A stretch of DNA of 64,000 bases from Squalus acanthias (taxonomy: Eukaryota), in contig CM059432.1 of NCBI GenBank assembly GCA_030390025.1, forward strand, positions 114,702,001 through 114,766,000, written 5' to 3'. Positions 12,904 to 26,664 of the stretch are shown one piece after another (positions within the stretch are counted from its first letter, which is position 1; every line of letters starts with the position of its first letter). The position numbers and the translations under genes were made by a program. The notes beneath the pieces were generated by a model. That model did no database searches. It was not told the DNA's origin and saw only the letters and a list, made by a program, of their open reading frames with translations.

Positions 12904-14312
12904 CTGGTAAGCAAAATTAGACAACAAAGAAAATAAATAAAACCAAACTAAAAAGGTACAACCACACTCAAACACTTAAAGAAAGCTCTAAAATGAAAAC
13001 AGGACACAATTACAGCAGCAAACGCTTTACCATATCTCCCACGCTGCACTTCTTTGTTAAACAGTACATAAAGGTGACACTGCAGTTATACAAATACAAA
13101 CCATTTTGAAATCTTGTATTTGCAACACGTTTCATCAAGGGGGGTCAATAAACAAACTCCCTTAAGGAATCCATCTTGATTTTTATGGTGCCTATTCAAT
13201 ACTTGAGGTCTAGATTTCAATGCCATTCCTAGGTTTTTGAAATTACATTGTTAAAAGTCCAAAAAGAGATCACAAATTGTCTGATGTTACACTGTATAAC
13301 ACACCATTTCGACAGTTTAAGTGTTGAATTTTTTTCCCCACCAGTACTTTTTAGGGTATGGTTTAACATTTTCAGACTGAATTTCAGCCTAGGGCACACT
13401 TCTATTTTTATTCTCTTTCTATTGATTTTTTCCCCTCTGACACAAGCCAAAAGCACACAATAAATCAGCAGCAAAAGTCCTGTAAATTAGACATGAGAGG
13501 TTACAGTAATGATTCAGAGAATGCTCAGAAGTTGTAACATTAAACATACTAAGAGGAAACAGAAGCAATAACAATGACATTTGTGTGAAAGAAGGCACAT
13601 TCAAAGAGGCGGGAGCAGGAACACCACTCTGGATCTTATGACACAGGGAAATAAATCAGGCAGGGTAAGCAACAAATAACTGGGAATTCAGAAATCCCTA
13701 AATGCACATTGAGCCATGTAGGAACACTGTGCCAGTTTAATCAGTTGTTACATATTCAGCATTTTTTCCCCATAATTTACTGCACTGGTCCCAGTCAAAA
13801 AATATCTGATTCAGCTGCATGTACGAGCAAACTCAAATGTCCTATTTGAAACTTTTACATGAAAGTGGGTCACTGGTAGCATTTCCTGGAGAATTTTTCT
13901 CTCTCCATCTCCGATCTTCACAAACACATGTGCACAACGCTTCAAGACTCGCAGAGTCTGTCCACTCAATTAAAAAGCCAGCTTTAGCAATGTGGCTCGG
14001 GGTGTAGTGTACTGGCACATTTGTGTGCGATCCCACTAACTAATCAGACGTGAGAGTTACCTCAGAGGAAGAGAATTGGTTCCACAAAACCAAAGAAAAC
14101 AGTAGTCAAGTCTCTCCAGGCCACTCGCACTTACGTTACTTTTGATTACAGCTTAGTAGTTACCTGCCCTCAATCACAATCAGATATGCATCAAGAAGAG
14201 AGGCACTTAAAAAATAAGCAGGATAGCTTACAAAAATTGGAGCAGGGAAATTAATTAATAAATTAATAAAAATATATCTTAGTGTAGATAAAGGATATCT
14301 TAATTAGTAATA

Positions 14313-14963
14313 GGCCCTGGAAATCTGCAGGATTTCTGCTCGTTTCCCACTGTAACTCTTACAGGAGATGGGCAGAACCCACCAAAAAACAGCAGGGATC
14401 CGGTCTATGCTGTTTCAACGATTTTTCGGCTTGCTTTGTAAAGGGGTGGATTTTCCACCTGCCCATGCAAGGCTAATATCATCGGTGGTGGAGCTGAGGG
14501 CAGGGGGCAAAGCCCTAAGTCATCGTTCCCACTTCCTGGTTCATTTGAGAGCTGGTGTGGTGCCAATACACCCAATGAGGTCCGGCACACTAGCTATCAG
14601 TTGGGCATAAGTGGCCCCAACTGGTTTGGGGATCCAAGCCAGGCAAGTAACCTGGACCCACGAAGATTGGTAAATGATTTTTAACATACCTTGATCAGTC
14701 TCCTTGTTCTGGGGGCCAATGGGGACATGGTTGTGATCTGGATGGACCCCAGGCACCCCCCACAAAGGCAGGTTACCAACAGATTTTTCAGCTGTATAGG
14801 TCAGGTGAGCACCAAGGATGCACCCACAGTGGCGCTTGCAACCCACTGTCCCATGCAAGTTATGTACCCTCCCTGCTGACCCCAGTAGGGTCAACGCTGG
14901 AGGACACTGGTGGGTGCAATTGCAGTGTAATTGCTGGCACCACTAAGCATGGATTTTGGGGCC
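14313..14963. mobile_element. Harbinger-like MITE, possibly composite
   Basis: Ends GGCCCTGGAAATC / GGATTTTGGGGCC, with ATA on both flanks. Confidence 0.55.
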
Positions 14964-15365
14964 ATAGAATTTTGATAAGTGAAAATTTTCAGAAGGAAGC
15001 CCTAACTGCATGTGAAGCCTGGTTCTTTGGTGCTAGTTACCATGCACCAGGATGCTAATGGTCACTGATGGTGCCAAAAGAACTCAAAGGGTTTTATATA
15101 TATATTTCCAAACTCAAATCAGAAACATTTTTGTAAAAAGGAAATAATCCACGGTTACTTGAAGTACACTCAGTTTCTGACCCTGAAATTTCACCTTGCT
15201 TTGAAATTTCACCAATACCACTTAACAAGAAGGCAGGATTTCCCAATGTACAAATATATGTGTGCAGTGGTTAATAGCTATGACCTCTGTATTTGTGTCA
15301 CTAATCTGAGATAAGAAACATATAAGAAAACACAAGTATATGATATATAATTGGTGATTACATAC

Positions 15366-15478
15366 TGAAAGTTGTCCAGGCAGGAATTGTGGAGCATCTC
15401 GCAACATGCCAGGGCTTATGGGAGAAGTGACAGAAATAGAGGGACGCTCCATCTTCTGAGACTCAAACGAGCTAGAAC
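15366..15478 (-). CDS. RIMS2: RIMS2 coding exon, PDZ-C2A linker (SSSFESQKMERPSISVTSPISPGMLRDAPQFLPGQLS)
   Basis: 113-nt exon with acceptor tatacAG and donor GTatgt, phase 1/0. Overlaps ORF 15222..15452. Confidence 0.95.
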
Positions 15479-16225
15479 CTGTATATATAAGTTGTTTTTG
15501 TTAACTGCACAAATGTATTTTTCCACATTTAATTTTAATAAATTATTAAACACTTTAACAATTGTAATAAATGTAAAATAAAATCTTAAACAAAAGCATT
15601 GAAATTAAAGAAATCTATCAATACTAAAATGACAATGCAAACTTAATTTTTCACCTGGACAAAACCAAGGAGTGAACTTACTGACAGAGAGAAGATTATG
15701 CTGATACATTTCGATGTGATTTACTTCACTGCATTCTGTCTTTGTAAACAAACAATAAATGGCCTGACAAATAATTTATTTTTAAAACAGAAGTATTTTA
15801 AAAACAAAAGATAGTCTATATAAAGGAGGAAAGGCTACAAAGGTGCAATTCATGTATTCACAACATTATAATTCTTCCATAAGTGTGCCCCAAGGTTCAT
15901 ATAAATCAATCGCATTGCTAGTGTGGCAAGGGAAACTTTGCACTGGAAATCTGCATTGCTTATTTTTTTGTAGTATGTACTGTGCGGTTGGGAACTGTTC
16001 AATCTCTTTCATTTATGTGTAGTCATGAGTATCTGAGAAAGGACACAGAAACAAGAACAGCAGAGAAGAGTTAACTTAAAGGAGGGATTGTACAATTGAA
16101 ATAAGGAGGAATGTTTTGGAATAAAATCCTGAATTCAGACATTTTATTGAGCAGGGCTTTTTGATAACAGTGAGTACTGCTGCAGATATGTTTGGTGAAG
16201 AAGGAATGATGCTCACTAATTTAAT

Positions 16226-17006
16226 GGCCCGGAATTTGCGGTCGGCATGACCCATCATTCCGCCTTTGAAACTGACCGCAACTTCGGGATTTGGTGCTTG
16301 CGCAGGCGGAATTCTCGAAGTTGGGATCTGTCATTCTCTGCTCCGACACTGGCTGTGCTGTGCCTCCACCCTCCCCCTGCCCCTGCCAACCCACAGAGCC
16401 AGCAATCAGTGAAATCTTGGGAATCATTGAAACTGAGGAAAACTTTGGCTCTCCCCCAGTAAGTACGCTGTTAAATTCCCCACTAAAAGTTAGAGCCAAA
16501 GGGATTAGGTGTAACTGGGGTTTTAACAGCGTATTGACTACTAGACAAATATTAAGGGCCTGGAAAACTAATTTTAATTTTGTGCAGTGTGAAATTTGTC
16601 CATTTTAATCAAAATAAAAATTTCTAAGAAACTTTTCAAAATATTTTTGTTAATTTTTTAAAAAGTTTGTTCATCTTTATTTCAGGTTTGCCTTTTCCCC
16701 ATGTGAGAGCCCCAATCTTTCTTTTGCTGTCTCTAACTATTTTAAAAAGTTAGAATTTTAAGAGCTTACTCACTTCCTTGTTCGCTGTATGAGAATTCTG
16801 CCTTTTGATTGGCTGCTTAGACAGCTTGTTGACATCACAGCAGCTCGCACAAGGGAGTCCCCCACTACAGTCCGCTGAATTGAATTGAAGTGAAGGTCAG
16901 AAAACCCGAAGTTCTCGACACAGGGATTGCGAGATCCTTGTGTGGAGTGTACTTCGGGGCCAGCAGCAAACGCCTTCGCTTCGTTGCTAACTGCAAATTC
17001 CAGGTC
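16226..17006. mobile_element. Harbinger-like MITE
   Basis: TIR GGCCCGGAATTTGCGGT / ACTGCAAATTCCAGGTC, AAT TSD and an AT-rich centre. Confidence 0.8.
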
Positions 17007-17246
17007 AATATTTTCAGAACGTTTGGGTTTTTGATCCTCACTATAAAAAACAGCCTCCAGTGTGATGGACTAGTCTGCTTCTTCAATATCTGTAGGTAAA
17101 TCTTCTGTATTCAATCTCACTCCTTGTTAACTATTAAAGGTATTATAATTTGTATGAATTTTGCTCAGAGCATATTATTTTAAACTTGCAGTATGGATAG
17201 AAGGGATTATAAGGCAGCATTTTTTAAAAAATAACTATGACTTTTG

Positions 17247-18008
17247 AGGGGTTAATGCCGCCCCCCACCAGCATAGTGTTAACACTCAAATGGTGAGGAA
17301 GGAGCATCGGATTTTGGGCCTCAGATCTCATCATAATATAGATAGTGCTATGGTAGGAGGCCACACACGTAAGTACTCCAGGTTTGGGCCACTACTAGCG
17401 GAGCAGACCACAGGTAAGTGTTCGGGTCAGATCGTTGGGGTCGGGGGCGGGGGGGGAGATCAGATGGCCCTTGGAGGCTGTGATCAGGGGTCGAGGAGGG
17501 TGATCACGGGCCTCGGGAGTGCTGTTGCGGCCTCAGGAGTGCTGTTGGGGCCTCAGGAGTACTGTTGGGGGGTCAGGGGGCCTGGAGGTTGGGAGGCAGA
17601 TCGGAGGTCGGGTGGGAGATTGGAGGTCGGGGCCTGGGCCTGGATTTCAGAGATCGGGGATCTCAGGACCGGGAGCGTCGGTGATTATGGCAAGTACTTA
17701 CCTTTTTATGACTTGCGTGATGTTTAGAGTTGGTTTTTCCGGAGGCAGCCAGCACTGGCCATCTCAGGGCAAACCAAAGTTACAGCAGGGACCTGAAGTA
17801 GGCATTAGGCTCCATACTTGCATATGCAAAGGGCCTAATGCCTGTTTCAGGGGTGCGTAAAGGATGCCTTTTGTTTGTTCTTTCCCAATATGGCGGGCAA
17901 TGCACTTCTGGTCATAACTGTGTGCACTCTTCCTGATCGCCAATTTGGTGCCTTAGGAGGCCGCATAGCACCTTAAAAACGGGCGGTACTCAGTCCAATT
18001 TAACCGCC
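17247..18008. mobile_element. GC-rich non-autonomous element with internal tandem repeats
   Basis: Ends ggggttaa / ttaaccgcc, with internal (ggcctcaggagtgctgtt)-like units. Organisation resembles the 44008 family. Confidence 0.45.
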
Positions 18009-18444
18009 GTAGTTTGCTGAGAAAATACCCATTTTCTAACAGTCTGTTTATTCAGTATCTGTAGTGCTGACCTGGCCTTGATGAAACTACTTCAATGGTG
18101 AATAACATTTTAACCACACCCAGCAAACAACTGTATCTAACTGACAGAGAGAGGGAGGTGTGTCATGTACTAAAACTAAAGGTAATAAAATAATTGCAGA
18201 AGCACAGTGTGGATTATCCGTTGAAACTGCCAGTTTTATCATAGAAAGTAGAAATGCCTTCTCCTCTATGACACCAATGAATATTGATCTACTCTCTTTT
18301 AGCACTGAAGAAAGGATAGAATTTTACAGACATGTGTATTCATGAATAATTGTCACCTAGGAGTTTGTCTGTTTAGTGATGATTTTATTAGATTGCTAAA
18401 ATAAGTAAATTTTACTGAAGCCAAGAGAAAAGAATCACACTTAC

Positions 18445-18491
18445 TTGACTCCAACTGTCCATGTGTGCTGTCTGGTATCCGGGGAATATCC
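18445..18491 (-). CDS. RIMS2: RIMS2 small coding exon (DIPRIPDSTHGQLES-S)
   Basis: 47-nt exon with acceptor tctcttacttgaAG and donor GTaagt, phase 2/1. Matches the recalled RIM2 sequence DIPRIPDSTHAQLES. Confidence 0.93.
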
Positions 18492-18778
18492 CTTCAAGTA
18501 AGAGAGAAACACAAAGCAAACATTTAACAATTATCTGAGTGCTGCTATACTTTTACAGAAAGACTCCAACAGCATATAGTAAAATCTGATGACTAGGTCA
18601 CACTTCAATGTGATGGTTACCATTTCAGTTAAAAAGAAATCCTATACATTGTAGTGGTGCATAAATCATCCTCCTATGTATAACTTCTTTAAAGATGTAA
18701 CGAGCACACTAGATTTTTAAATCAGGTGGGAAAAAATTGTATTAAATTATTACTCCATTTTAATAATTAATAAATGAT

Positions 18779-18960
18779 GGTAAATTCTACGAATCTGCGC
18801 TCCCAGTGTGGAGCTTCATCCCCTGGGAATTCAGTTGTGTACCCGCCACAATTTCCATCCATTAAAATCAATGGATGGAAAATTGTGGGATTGTGCGCCA
18901 AAAAGTCCTGCTATGCGCTCCCAATGGGTGAAGTTCCATTCACGTTTGTAAAATTGCCTC
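18779..18960. mobile_element. Short MITE
   Basis: Imperfect TIR ggtaaattctacgaa / tttgtaaaattgcc. Confidence 0.45.
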
Positions 18961-19727
18961 ATTAACAGCCTGTGCTCTTCGATCATTATAGTTTTCTCAT
19001 GCTTTACTTACTTTATAACATTGCCTCTGATAGCAAAGTCAGAGGCAATTCGGTAAACAACATTAGCACACCAAAACCCTCTTTTGTAATGAGACTTCCT
19101 TGGGTGCCTCCAACAGCTAGCTGGCTGCTGCAGGCAGTACTTGTGTCAGGTCACAGTCTTCAGTTTAGCTGTGGATGGGCTGAGGATGGAGTGACCGCTC
19201 AGCCACCGATAGAGACCAGCTTGATATCGGCGAAGGTCCTCACAAGATTAATATATGACATGAATAGAATTTTGCATGAATTACAAATGTGCAATAACTT
19301 TAAATTTGGTGCTCATGAGGACTCGAAATGAGGTATTAGTAGAACAGTGCTACCACTGTAATGCCACCAGATCTTAACTCTCAAATGTTCCAGTTACATT
19401 TTATACAATATTAAGAAACATTCAACATAGAATCAAATCAAACTCTTGGGTCTTTGGAGATCATGAGGTTGAAGTATATTGTGTTCTTAATAGCCACGTG
19501 AACCCTCATGTCAGCTCACTGCTCAAAATAAACTCCCATAAATGAAAGACGTTACTGAAAAGTTTGCAAGTTGCATATCACTGCCTCAGACATTATTAAA
19601 ACAATCAGAAAAAATGGCAATTTTAAAAGTTTCAAGCTCTTGGAAATGCTAGAAAGTAGTTTGTCAATTTGCCACCAACAGTGTGCTGTGGATGACAACA
19701 CATAGGCATGCTTTAAGTATAAATAAT

Positions 19728-20470
19728 GGGCCAAAAATTCATCCCGCGACGCGAGAGTACGCACTGCGTACTCTCGCGTATTCTCTCTCCAATTGCCGGT
19801 TTTCTGCATGCCCTGCGCATGCGCTGAAAACCGGCACTTGGTCTTTTGAAAAGGGGGCGGTTCCTCGGTGCATCGCGTGCGCGCTACAGGCTGCGCGCAC
19901 GCTGTGCACTTCATGCTTTGGACGCGCAGGTAAGTACGGAAGATTTTAGAAATGGAAAAAGGAGGAGTAAGACCCACTTTTAACAAGGTAAGTAGTGAAT
20001 TAAGTATTTTTTTAAATTTTTTTTTTACAGGTATATCTTTTTTAGAGACTTTAAAGACAGGTAAGTTTATTTTTATAACTTTTTAAAAGATTTTACATTT
20101 TTTCAAAAATTTAATTTTTTATTTAAAATGGTTAATTTATTTAACTATACTTATTTTATTAATGTGATGTTTTTTTTTAAATTTAATTGAGGTTTAGCTG
20201 TTATTTTGGGGGGGTGTAAGATTCATAGATTTCACAGCACGTATGTGAAACTTATGAATGGAAGATGGTGTGCTGCCATTGGCTCTAACTGAGTCACGTG
20301 ATCCCACAGCTCGCACGAATTCACTACGCCGGTGGGATACGCAAGCACTGCCCAGCTGATGTCTGGAACATCAAGTTCGTGCGAGCTGGATCTGAAAAAG
20401 CACAAGCGGAGTGAGAGATCGCGGGGAAGCCTTACCCCCGCGGGAACAGAGCAAGATCAATTTCTGGGCC
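19728..20470. mobile_element. Harbinger-like MITE related to 47662-48382, opposite orientation
   Basis: TIR GGGCCAAAAATTCATC / GATCAATTTCTGGGCC. Shares internal blocks (gcgcatgcgctgaaaaccg; taagacccacttttaac) and an AT-rich centre with the 47.7-kb copy. Confidence 0.75.
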
Positions 20471-20539
20471 ATTGTGATTACTAATACTATATCAGACACA
20501 GCATTATCGCACAAAGTGTCACTGGCCTACTGCAAATAG

Positions 20540-20665
20540 TGGGAACACCATCACCATGAGGATTGCAGCAGTTCAAGGAGAAGGTCCACCACCACCTTCT
20601 CAGGGAATCTAGGGATGGGAATTAAATGCAGGTTTGCCAGCATTGCCCACATCCCAAGAATATTT
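20540..20665 (+). mobile_element. Non-LTR retroelement 3' tail fragment
   Basis: Diverged match to 26830-26950. Confidence 0.65.
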
Positions 20666-21726
20666 GTTTTAAAAAGGAATGACCTACTGAAAGAAATGTT
20701 CTTAAACAGCAGTGCAAATATTGCCCATTACAGAGTTTCATGCATGATAGCTGGGAAACTGCCAATCACGTTCAGCAACATGAAAGTGCCATTTTGTGAC
20801 ACCAAATTAATATTCATGTGATGTGTCACAAGTGCCAGTGTGAAAGCGTGTCTGAATTACCACTGGGAGGGAACATGCAGATCATTATTCAATGGGCACA
20901 TAATAGCAACAGGGCGTGGCACTAAAGCTCTTAATGCATTGGATCAGTTGTCTGTGAGTCTTTCAGATTGTTTTAGAACATCTCTTTGTTCTTTATGGTT
21001 GCAATACAGCACCTGTACATCAGATTGCTGAATAGGCAAAGAGGGCTGAGGACCCGTCTTCCACAATACAGTTTTAATATTAACCCCGCCCTCTCCATAA
21101 CAGCACATCATGCACCACCACTAATTGAGGGGACGATAATGCTGGGCATCATTTGAATCATAGAATCATACCGCATAGAAGGAGGCCATTCGGCACATCA
21201 TGCCTGTGCCAGTTCTTTGAAAGAGCTGTCCAATTTAGTCCCACATCCCAGTTTTTTCCCCATAACCATGCAAATTAGTTCTCTTCAAATACATGTTTAA
21301 TTGCCTTTTGAAAGTTCCTATGGAATCTGATTCCACCACCCTTTCAGGTAGTGCGCTACAAATCATGACATCCCTCTGTGTGAAATTATTTCTCCTCATT
21401 TCTCCTCTAGGTCTTTTGCCAATTATTTTAAATCTATGACCTCTGGTTACTTGCTCTATCAAAACCCTTTATTATTTTGAATACCTCTATTAGGTCTCCC
21501 CTTAACCTTCTCTGCTCTAAGGAGAACAATCCCAGCTTCTCCAATCTCTTCACATAATTGAAGTCCCACATCCCTGGTATCATCTTGGTAAACCTCCTCT
21601 GTACCCTCTTCAAGTCCTTGACATCCTTCCTAAAGTGTGATGCCCAAAATTGTACAATACTTCAGCTGAGGCCTAACCAGTGATTTGTAAAGGTGTAGCA
21701 AGACTTCCTTGTTTTTATATTCAATG

Positions 21727-22626
21727 TGTGGGATCGCAAAATAGGCCTGTGAAACAAAACCTGAATCCACTAGTCTTTAAATATATATTAACCAAGGCTG
21801 TAGGGCGGTAATATTAGAAATCATGTTTAAAGGATGGTTAATTCACTTATAGAGATATATTAAAGGCGTACATATAGCCTTTAGATAGTTGCAAAGCATG
21901 ATGGACTATTTTGTCCATTATATTAACCCTTTTTAAATAGTACTGTAAGAATCGCTGCTTACAACAAGAAGCCAGACTATTGGTGCCACAGCACTGATTT
22001 CCAGGCATTTCAGAATGTCGTTATCAGTGCTACAGAAGCAGTGTTTATATGTAGTTGGCCTTCTGAAGAGATAAGGGAAACTGAACTGTACAAGGAGTCG
22101 GCCATTTCTCTCTTGGTCTCAAACACCTTATCTCCCTTTGGAGCTGACATTGTTTATCATAATAAGCTTTTCTCGAGAATTAACAAAGTATTGGTCAGGT
22201 ACAACAGCATGGGAAAGGAAAGATAAGCGTGGTACGACCTTGTTTAAGAGACAAGATGGAGTCTACTAGACCTCGCTCCCAGAGACTAGATGAAGACCCC
22301 ATGTATAACAATTATGTTATGTTTAATGTCACAGAACAGTTCAGGGCGGCTCCCAACATTGAGTGACTGATCATTAACCAATAAGGGAGTAATGATAGCG
22401 ACGCTGTTTGTATGTGTATGCCCACTTTTGTAGCCGGTGGGTGTTGCCTATCGAAAGGTATATCAATGCTTGTATGTAGTTTTTCCTTTGAAAGTTAGGT
22501 GCGGGTCTGAGGAGACCAACCTCTCTCACTTTGTGCACAAGGCCTTCTGGCTGGTTTCTAATAAACTTTTACTTTGTCTTCAGTTCCGTCTCCGTCTGGT
22601 TTTGCTCCAAAAATTTGAATCTAACA
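21727..22626 (+). mobile_element. Candidate solo LTR (900 bp)
   Basis: Cleanly interrupts the CR1. Begins TGTGGGATC and ends GAATCTAACA, flanked by AATG / AAGG. CCAAT (~22379), TATA-like (~22459) and AATAAA (22560) occur in U3-R-U5 order. Confidence 0.7.
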
Positions 22627-23770
22627 AAGGCCCTTATTTACAAAGCCAAGTATCCCATATGCTTTCATATCAACTTGCCCTGCCACCTTCAAGGATTTGT
22701 GAATATGCGCCCCCAGGTCCCTCTGCTCTTGCAGCCCCCTCAAAATAGTACCATTTAGATTATGCTGCCTCGCCATGTTGTTTCTCCCAAAGTGCATCAC
22801 TTCACACTTATTGGCATTAAATTGTATCTGCCATGTGTCTGCCTATTTCACCAGTCTATTTATGTCCTCCTAAAATCTGCTACTATCCTGCTCATTACTT
22901 AATATGTTGCCAAGTTTTGTATCATCTGTAAACTTCAAAATTGTACTCCCTATACCCAAGTCCATGTCAGTTATATATAACAAGAGAAGCAATGGTCCTA
23001 ATGCCAACCCCTGGGGGACCCCACTGCATACTACTCTCCAGTCAGAAAAACATCCGTTAACCACTTCTCTCTGCCTCCTATCCCTTACCCAATTACGTAC
23101 CCAAATTACCACCGTCCCTTTAATACCATGTGCTTCTATTTTCCGAATAAGTCTGTAATGTGGAACTTCAAATCCCTTTTGAAAGTCCATATATACATTT
23201 ACTGCACTACATCATCAACCCTCTCTGTTACTTCATCAAAGAACTCAATCAGGTTAGTCAGATACGATTTGCCTTTAACAAATTGGTGCTGGCTGTCCCT
23301 TATTAACCCATGCTTCTCCAAGTGAGAATTAATTTTGTCCTTAACAATGGTCTCCAGTAGTTTTCCCACCACTGACGTTAGACTGATTGGCCTATAGTTA
23401 CCAGGTTTATCCCTCTCCCCTTTTTTGAACAGGCATGTAACCTCTGCAATCCTCCAGTCCGCTGGCACCACTCCCACGTCCAAGAAGGATTGAAAGATTG
23501 TGGTCAGAGCTTCTGCTATTGCTACTCTAGCTTCTCTCAGCAATCTAGGATACAACCCATCTGGACTGTGTGACTTGTTATCTTTGAGTGATACCAACCT
23601 ATTTAGCAGCTCCATTCTATCTATTTTTATCCTATCCTACTCCTATATCTCTACTCCCCCCTCCTCTACTGAAACATTAACTTCATCCTCTTTTGTGAAG
23701 ACAGATGCAAAGTACTCATTCTGTACCTCAGTCATGCCCCCTGCCTCCACAAGATTTCCTTTAATTTTAT

Positions 23771-24607
23771 GGGCTGGATTTTGTAAATGGAGGCGAGTTG
23801 GAGGCGGGACTGCTGCTTGTCGTGTCAATGTCCTGCCTCCATCCTCGCCTGACCAATCAGAAGGATTTTCCCGATTGAGCTTGTTAAGCCCGCCCTGCGG
23901 GCTCAGCAGGCCAATTAGGGAGGAAGTCACTGACAGATCACATCAACATCAGACGTGCTATCTGTCAAGACTTCTTGAAAGAAGAAATTACAGTGTTTGA
24001 CAGCTCTGTGAAGCTGTCAAACACTGACATTCTCTTTAGTTTGATGAGACTTTGTGGTGAGGACTCATCAAACCTTTCAACTTTGTAAATTTCACATGTC
24101 TGTAGGATCGGAGGATCCAACAGCAATTATGTGAAATTGACAAGGAGAATGTTGGCTGTCCCCATCCAGCGTGGCTAAAGGCTGGAGAAAGAAAACAAGG
24201 TAAGTGCATACTTTTTTAAACTTATCACTCACCTTGCATACTTACCACTCCACACTTGCACCCGTCACTCACCTCTACACCTTACTTCCAGGTGCCTCCA
24301 ACCACCGCAGACCTCCTCCACGTCTCTTCCAACCCGGCGGGGTTCTCCGAGGTCGGGAAGCCTTCACCTGTGAAGGTAAAATGGCACTAATCCTTTTTTC
24401 TGCCTGTTAACTACCTGTTAACAGGCAGTTAAAAGGATTAAATGCCTTTCCCGCCTCCAGGAGATGGGACCCGAAGCTGCACATCTTCCCACCTCCTGGC
24501 AAAAGGGCACGGAGGCGGGCGGGTTTGCCATCCACCCCCACTTTCTCCGATTTTACCGGCTGTCCCGCCTCCATGCCTGCCTCCTCGGGGCTTGGAAAAT
24601 CCAGCCC
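23771..24607. mobile_element. Harbinger-like MITE inserted in CR1
   Basis: Perfect 12-bp TIR GGGCTGGATTTT / AAAATCCAGCCC and TAT TSD. CR1 ORF2 resumes on both sides. Confidence 0.88.
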
Positions 24608-24878
24608 TATATGTTTATAAAAGGTTTTTGGGTTCTGTTTTATGTTACCCGTTAATCTTTTCTCATACTCTCTCTTTGTCCTTCTTATATCCTTTTTCAA
24701 TTTCCCCCTGCACTCTCTGTATTCTGCCTGGTTTTCTACTGTCTTGCGTACCTGACATTGTCATAAACTTCCTTTTTCTGTTTTACTTTAACCTCTATTT
24801 CCTTTGTTATCCAGGGAGCTCTAGCTTTGGATGCCCCATCTTTCCTCCTATGGGGAATATGCTTGGATTGTACACAAA

Positions 24879-25466
24879 GGGGTAAAATTCAGTATCGCCC
24901 ATTTTGGGGCACTAATATCGGCCAGGAGCAAAGTTTAGCGCCCGGCGCTAATTATTGCCTTTGACTGCAAAATTCGCCTCTGGAGGTGATTTGAACGTTA
25001 AATCAGGCGCTACACACCTCTCTTAAGGCGCAAACATCAGGGAACGAGGCGCTACCTCAGAACGCTACCGAAGCTCAAGCGATGCCAATTACCATGGAAG
25101 CCAGACAGACTGGCGCTGTCTTGTTCTGAAAGGAGAGGGGCCATCTTGCTGGCCAGCCACTCCCTGCTCATTGCAGCCTTGAATCTCGGCCTGGAGAGTC
25201 CTTAAAAGCTATTGTGTTGGAAGCACTAATAGATAGGCCCGCGGAAAGAGCTCGGCACGTAGAAACCTCAAAAGTGGTGCTGAAGGCCAAAACTCCTTAG
25301 GACAGCGTTAAAACCAAAAATTTTGCCGACAAGAAAATGCAGGAAGCGCCCGCCTTTAAATAGCGCTCCCCCAGCCCCTTCCCGACTTGAAAACATTCCC
25401 CTCTACCTGTCGTTCCTAGCAGGTAGGGCATTAACGAGAGGCGCAAAGCAACTGAATTTTTCCCCC
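24879..25466. mobile_element. MITE derived from the Harbinger B family
   Basis: TIR GGGGTAAAATTCAGT / ACTGAATTTTTCCCCC and AAA TSD. Both arms align by eye to 31102-31380 and 34660-34770. Confidence 0.88.
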
Positions 25467-25663
25467 AAACTATCTTCCTGTCATGAAGGCCTGCCATTGC
25501 TCATTTACTGTTTTCCTGGCCAATCTTTGTTTCCAGTCCACCTGTGCTAGATCCCTTCTCAAATCACTGAAATTGGCTTTCTTCCAGTTGGGTATTTTCA
25601 CCTTTGAATTCTCTTTGTCCCTTTCCATAACTACTTTAAACCTAATTATATTATGATCATAAT

Positions 25664-26664
25664 AATGCAATCCCTACTAAAGGAGAAAATAGAAGAACAT
25701 CTAGAAACCAAAAATATAATAAGGAATAGTCAGCATGGATTTCAAAAGGGAACGTCTTGCTTGACCAAACTCACTGAATTTTTTGAAGAGGTAACAGAGA
25801 GAGTAGACAATGGTAATACAGTAGATGTAATTTATCTAGATTTTCAAAAGGCCTTCGATAAGGTACCCCATAATAGACTGATGAACTAGGTCAGAGAATG
25901 CGGAGTCAGGGGACAAGTAGCAGAATGGATAGCTAGCTGGCTTCAAGATAGAAATCAGAGAGATGGGGTAAGGGTAACTATTCACAGTGGCAGAAGGTGG
26001 GTAGTGGTGTTCCACAAGGATCAGTGCTGGAACCACTGTTGTTTACAATTTACATTAATGATTTAGACTTTGGAATCGAAAAACACAATTTCTAAATTTG
26101 CGGATGACACCAAACTGGGGGGGCATAGTCAATACTGAAGAGGACTGCAACAAATTACAGGAGGACATCAATAAACTTGCAGAATGGGCATATAATTGGC
26201 AAATGAAGTTCAACACAGATAAATGTGAGGTATTACATTTTGGTAGGAAGAATAGGGAGGTCACATCACTTGGAGGGTGCGAGTCTAGGTGGGGTAGAGA
26301 AACAAAGGGATCTTGGAGTACAAATACACAAATCACTAAAAGTTGCGACACAGGTTAGCAAGGCCATAAAAAAAGCAAACCAAGCACTAGGGTTTATTTC
26401 TAGAGGGATAGAATTGAAAAGTAGGGAAGTTATGCTAAACCTGTAACGAACCTTGGTTAGACTACACTTAGAGTATTGCGTACAGTTCTGGTCACCATAT
26501 TATAAAAAGGATATAGAGGCACTGGAGAGGGTGCAGAGAAGATTTACAAAGATGATACCAGAAATGCGAGGGTATACATATCAGGAAAGGATGAACAGGC
26601 TGGGTCTCTTTTCTCTTGAAAAAAGGCTGAGGGGAGCCCTAATAGAGGTCTTTAAAATTGTGAA
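25664..26664 (+). mobile_element. CR1 RT fragment inserted antisense into the older CR1
   Basis: QHGFQKGTSCLTKL, YLDFQKAFDKVPH, FADDTK and LEYCVQFWSP, with stops and frameshifts. Confidence 0.9.
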
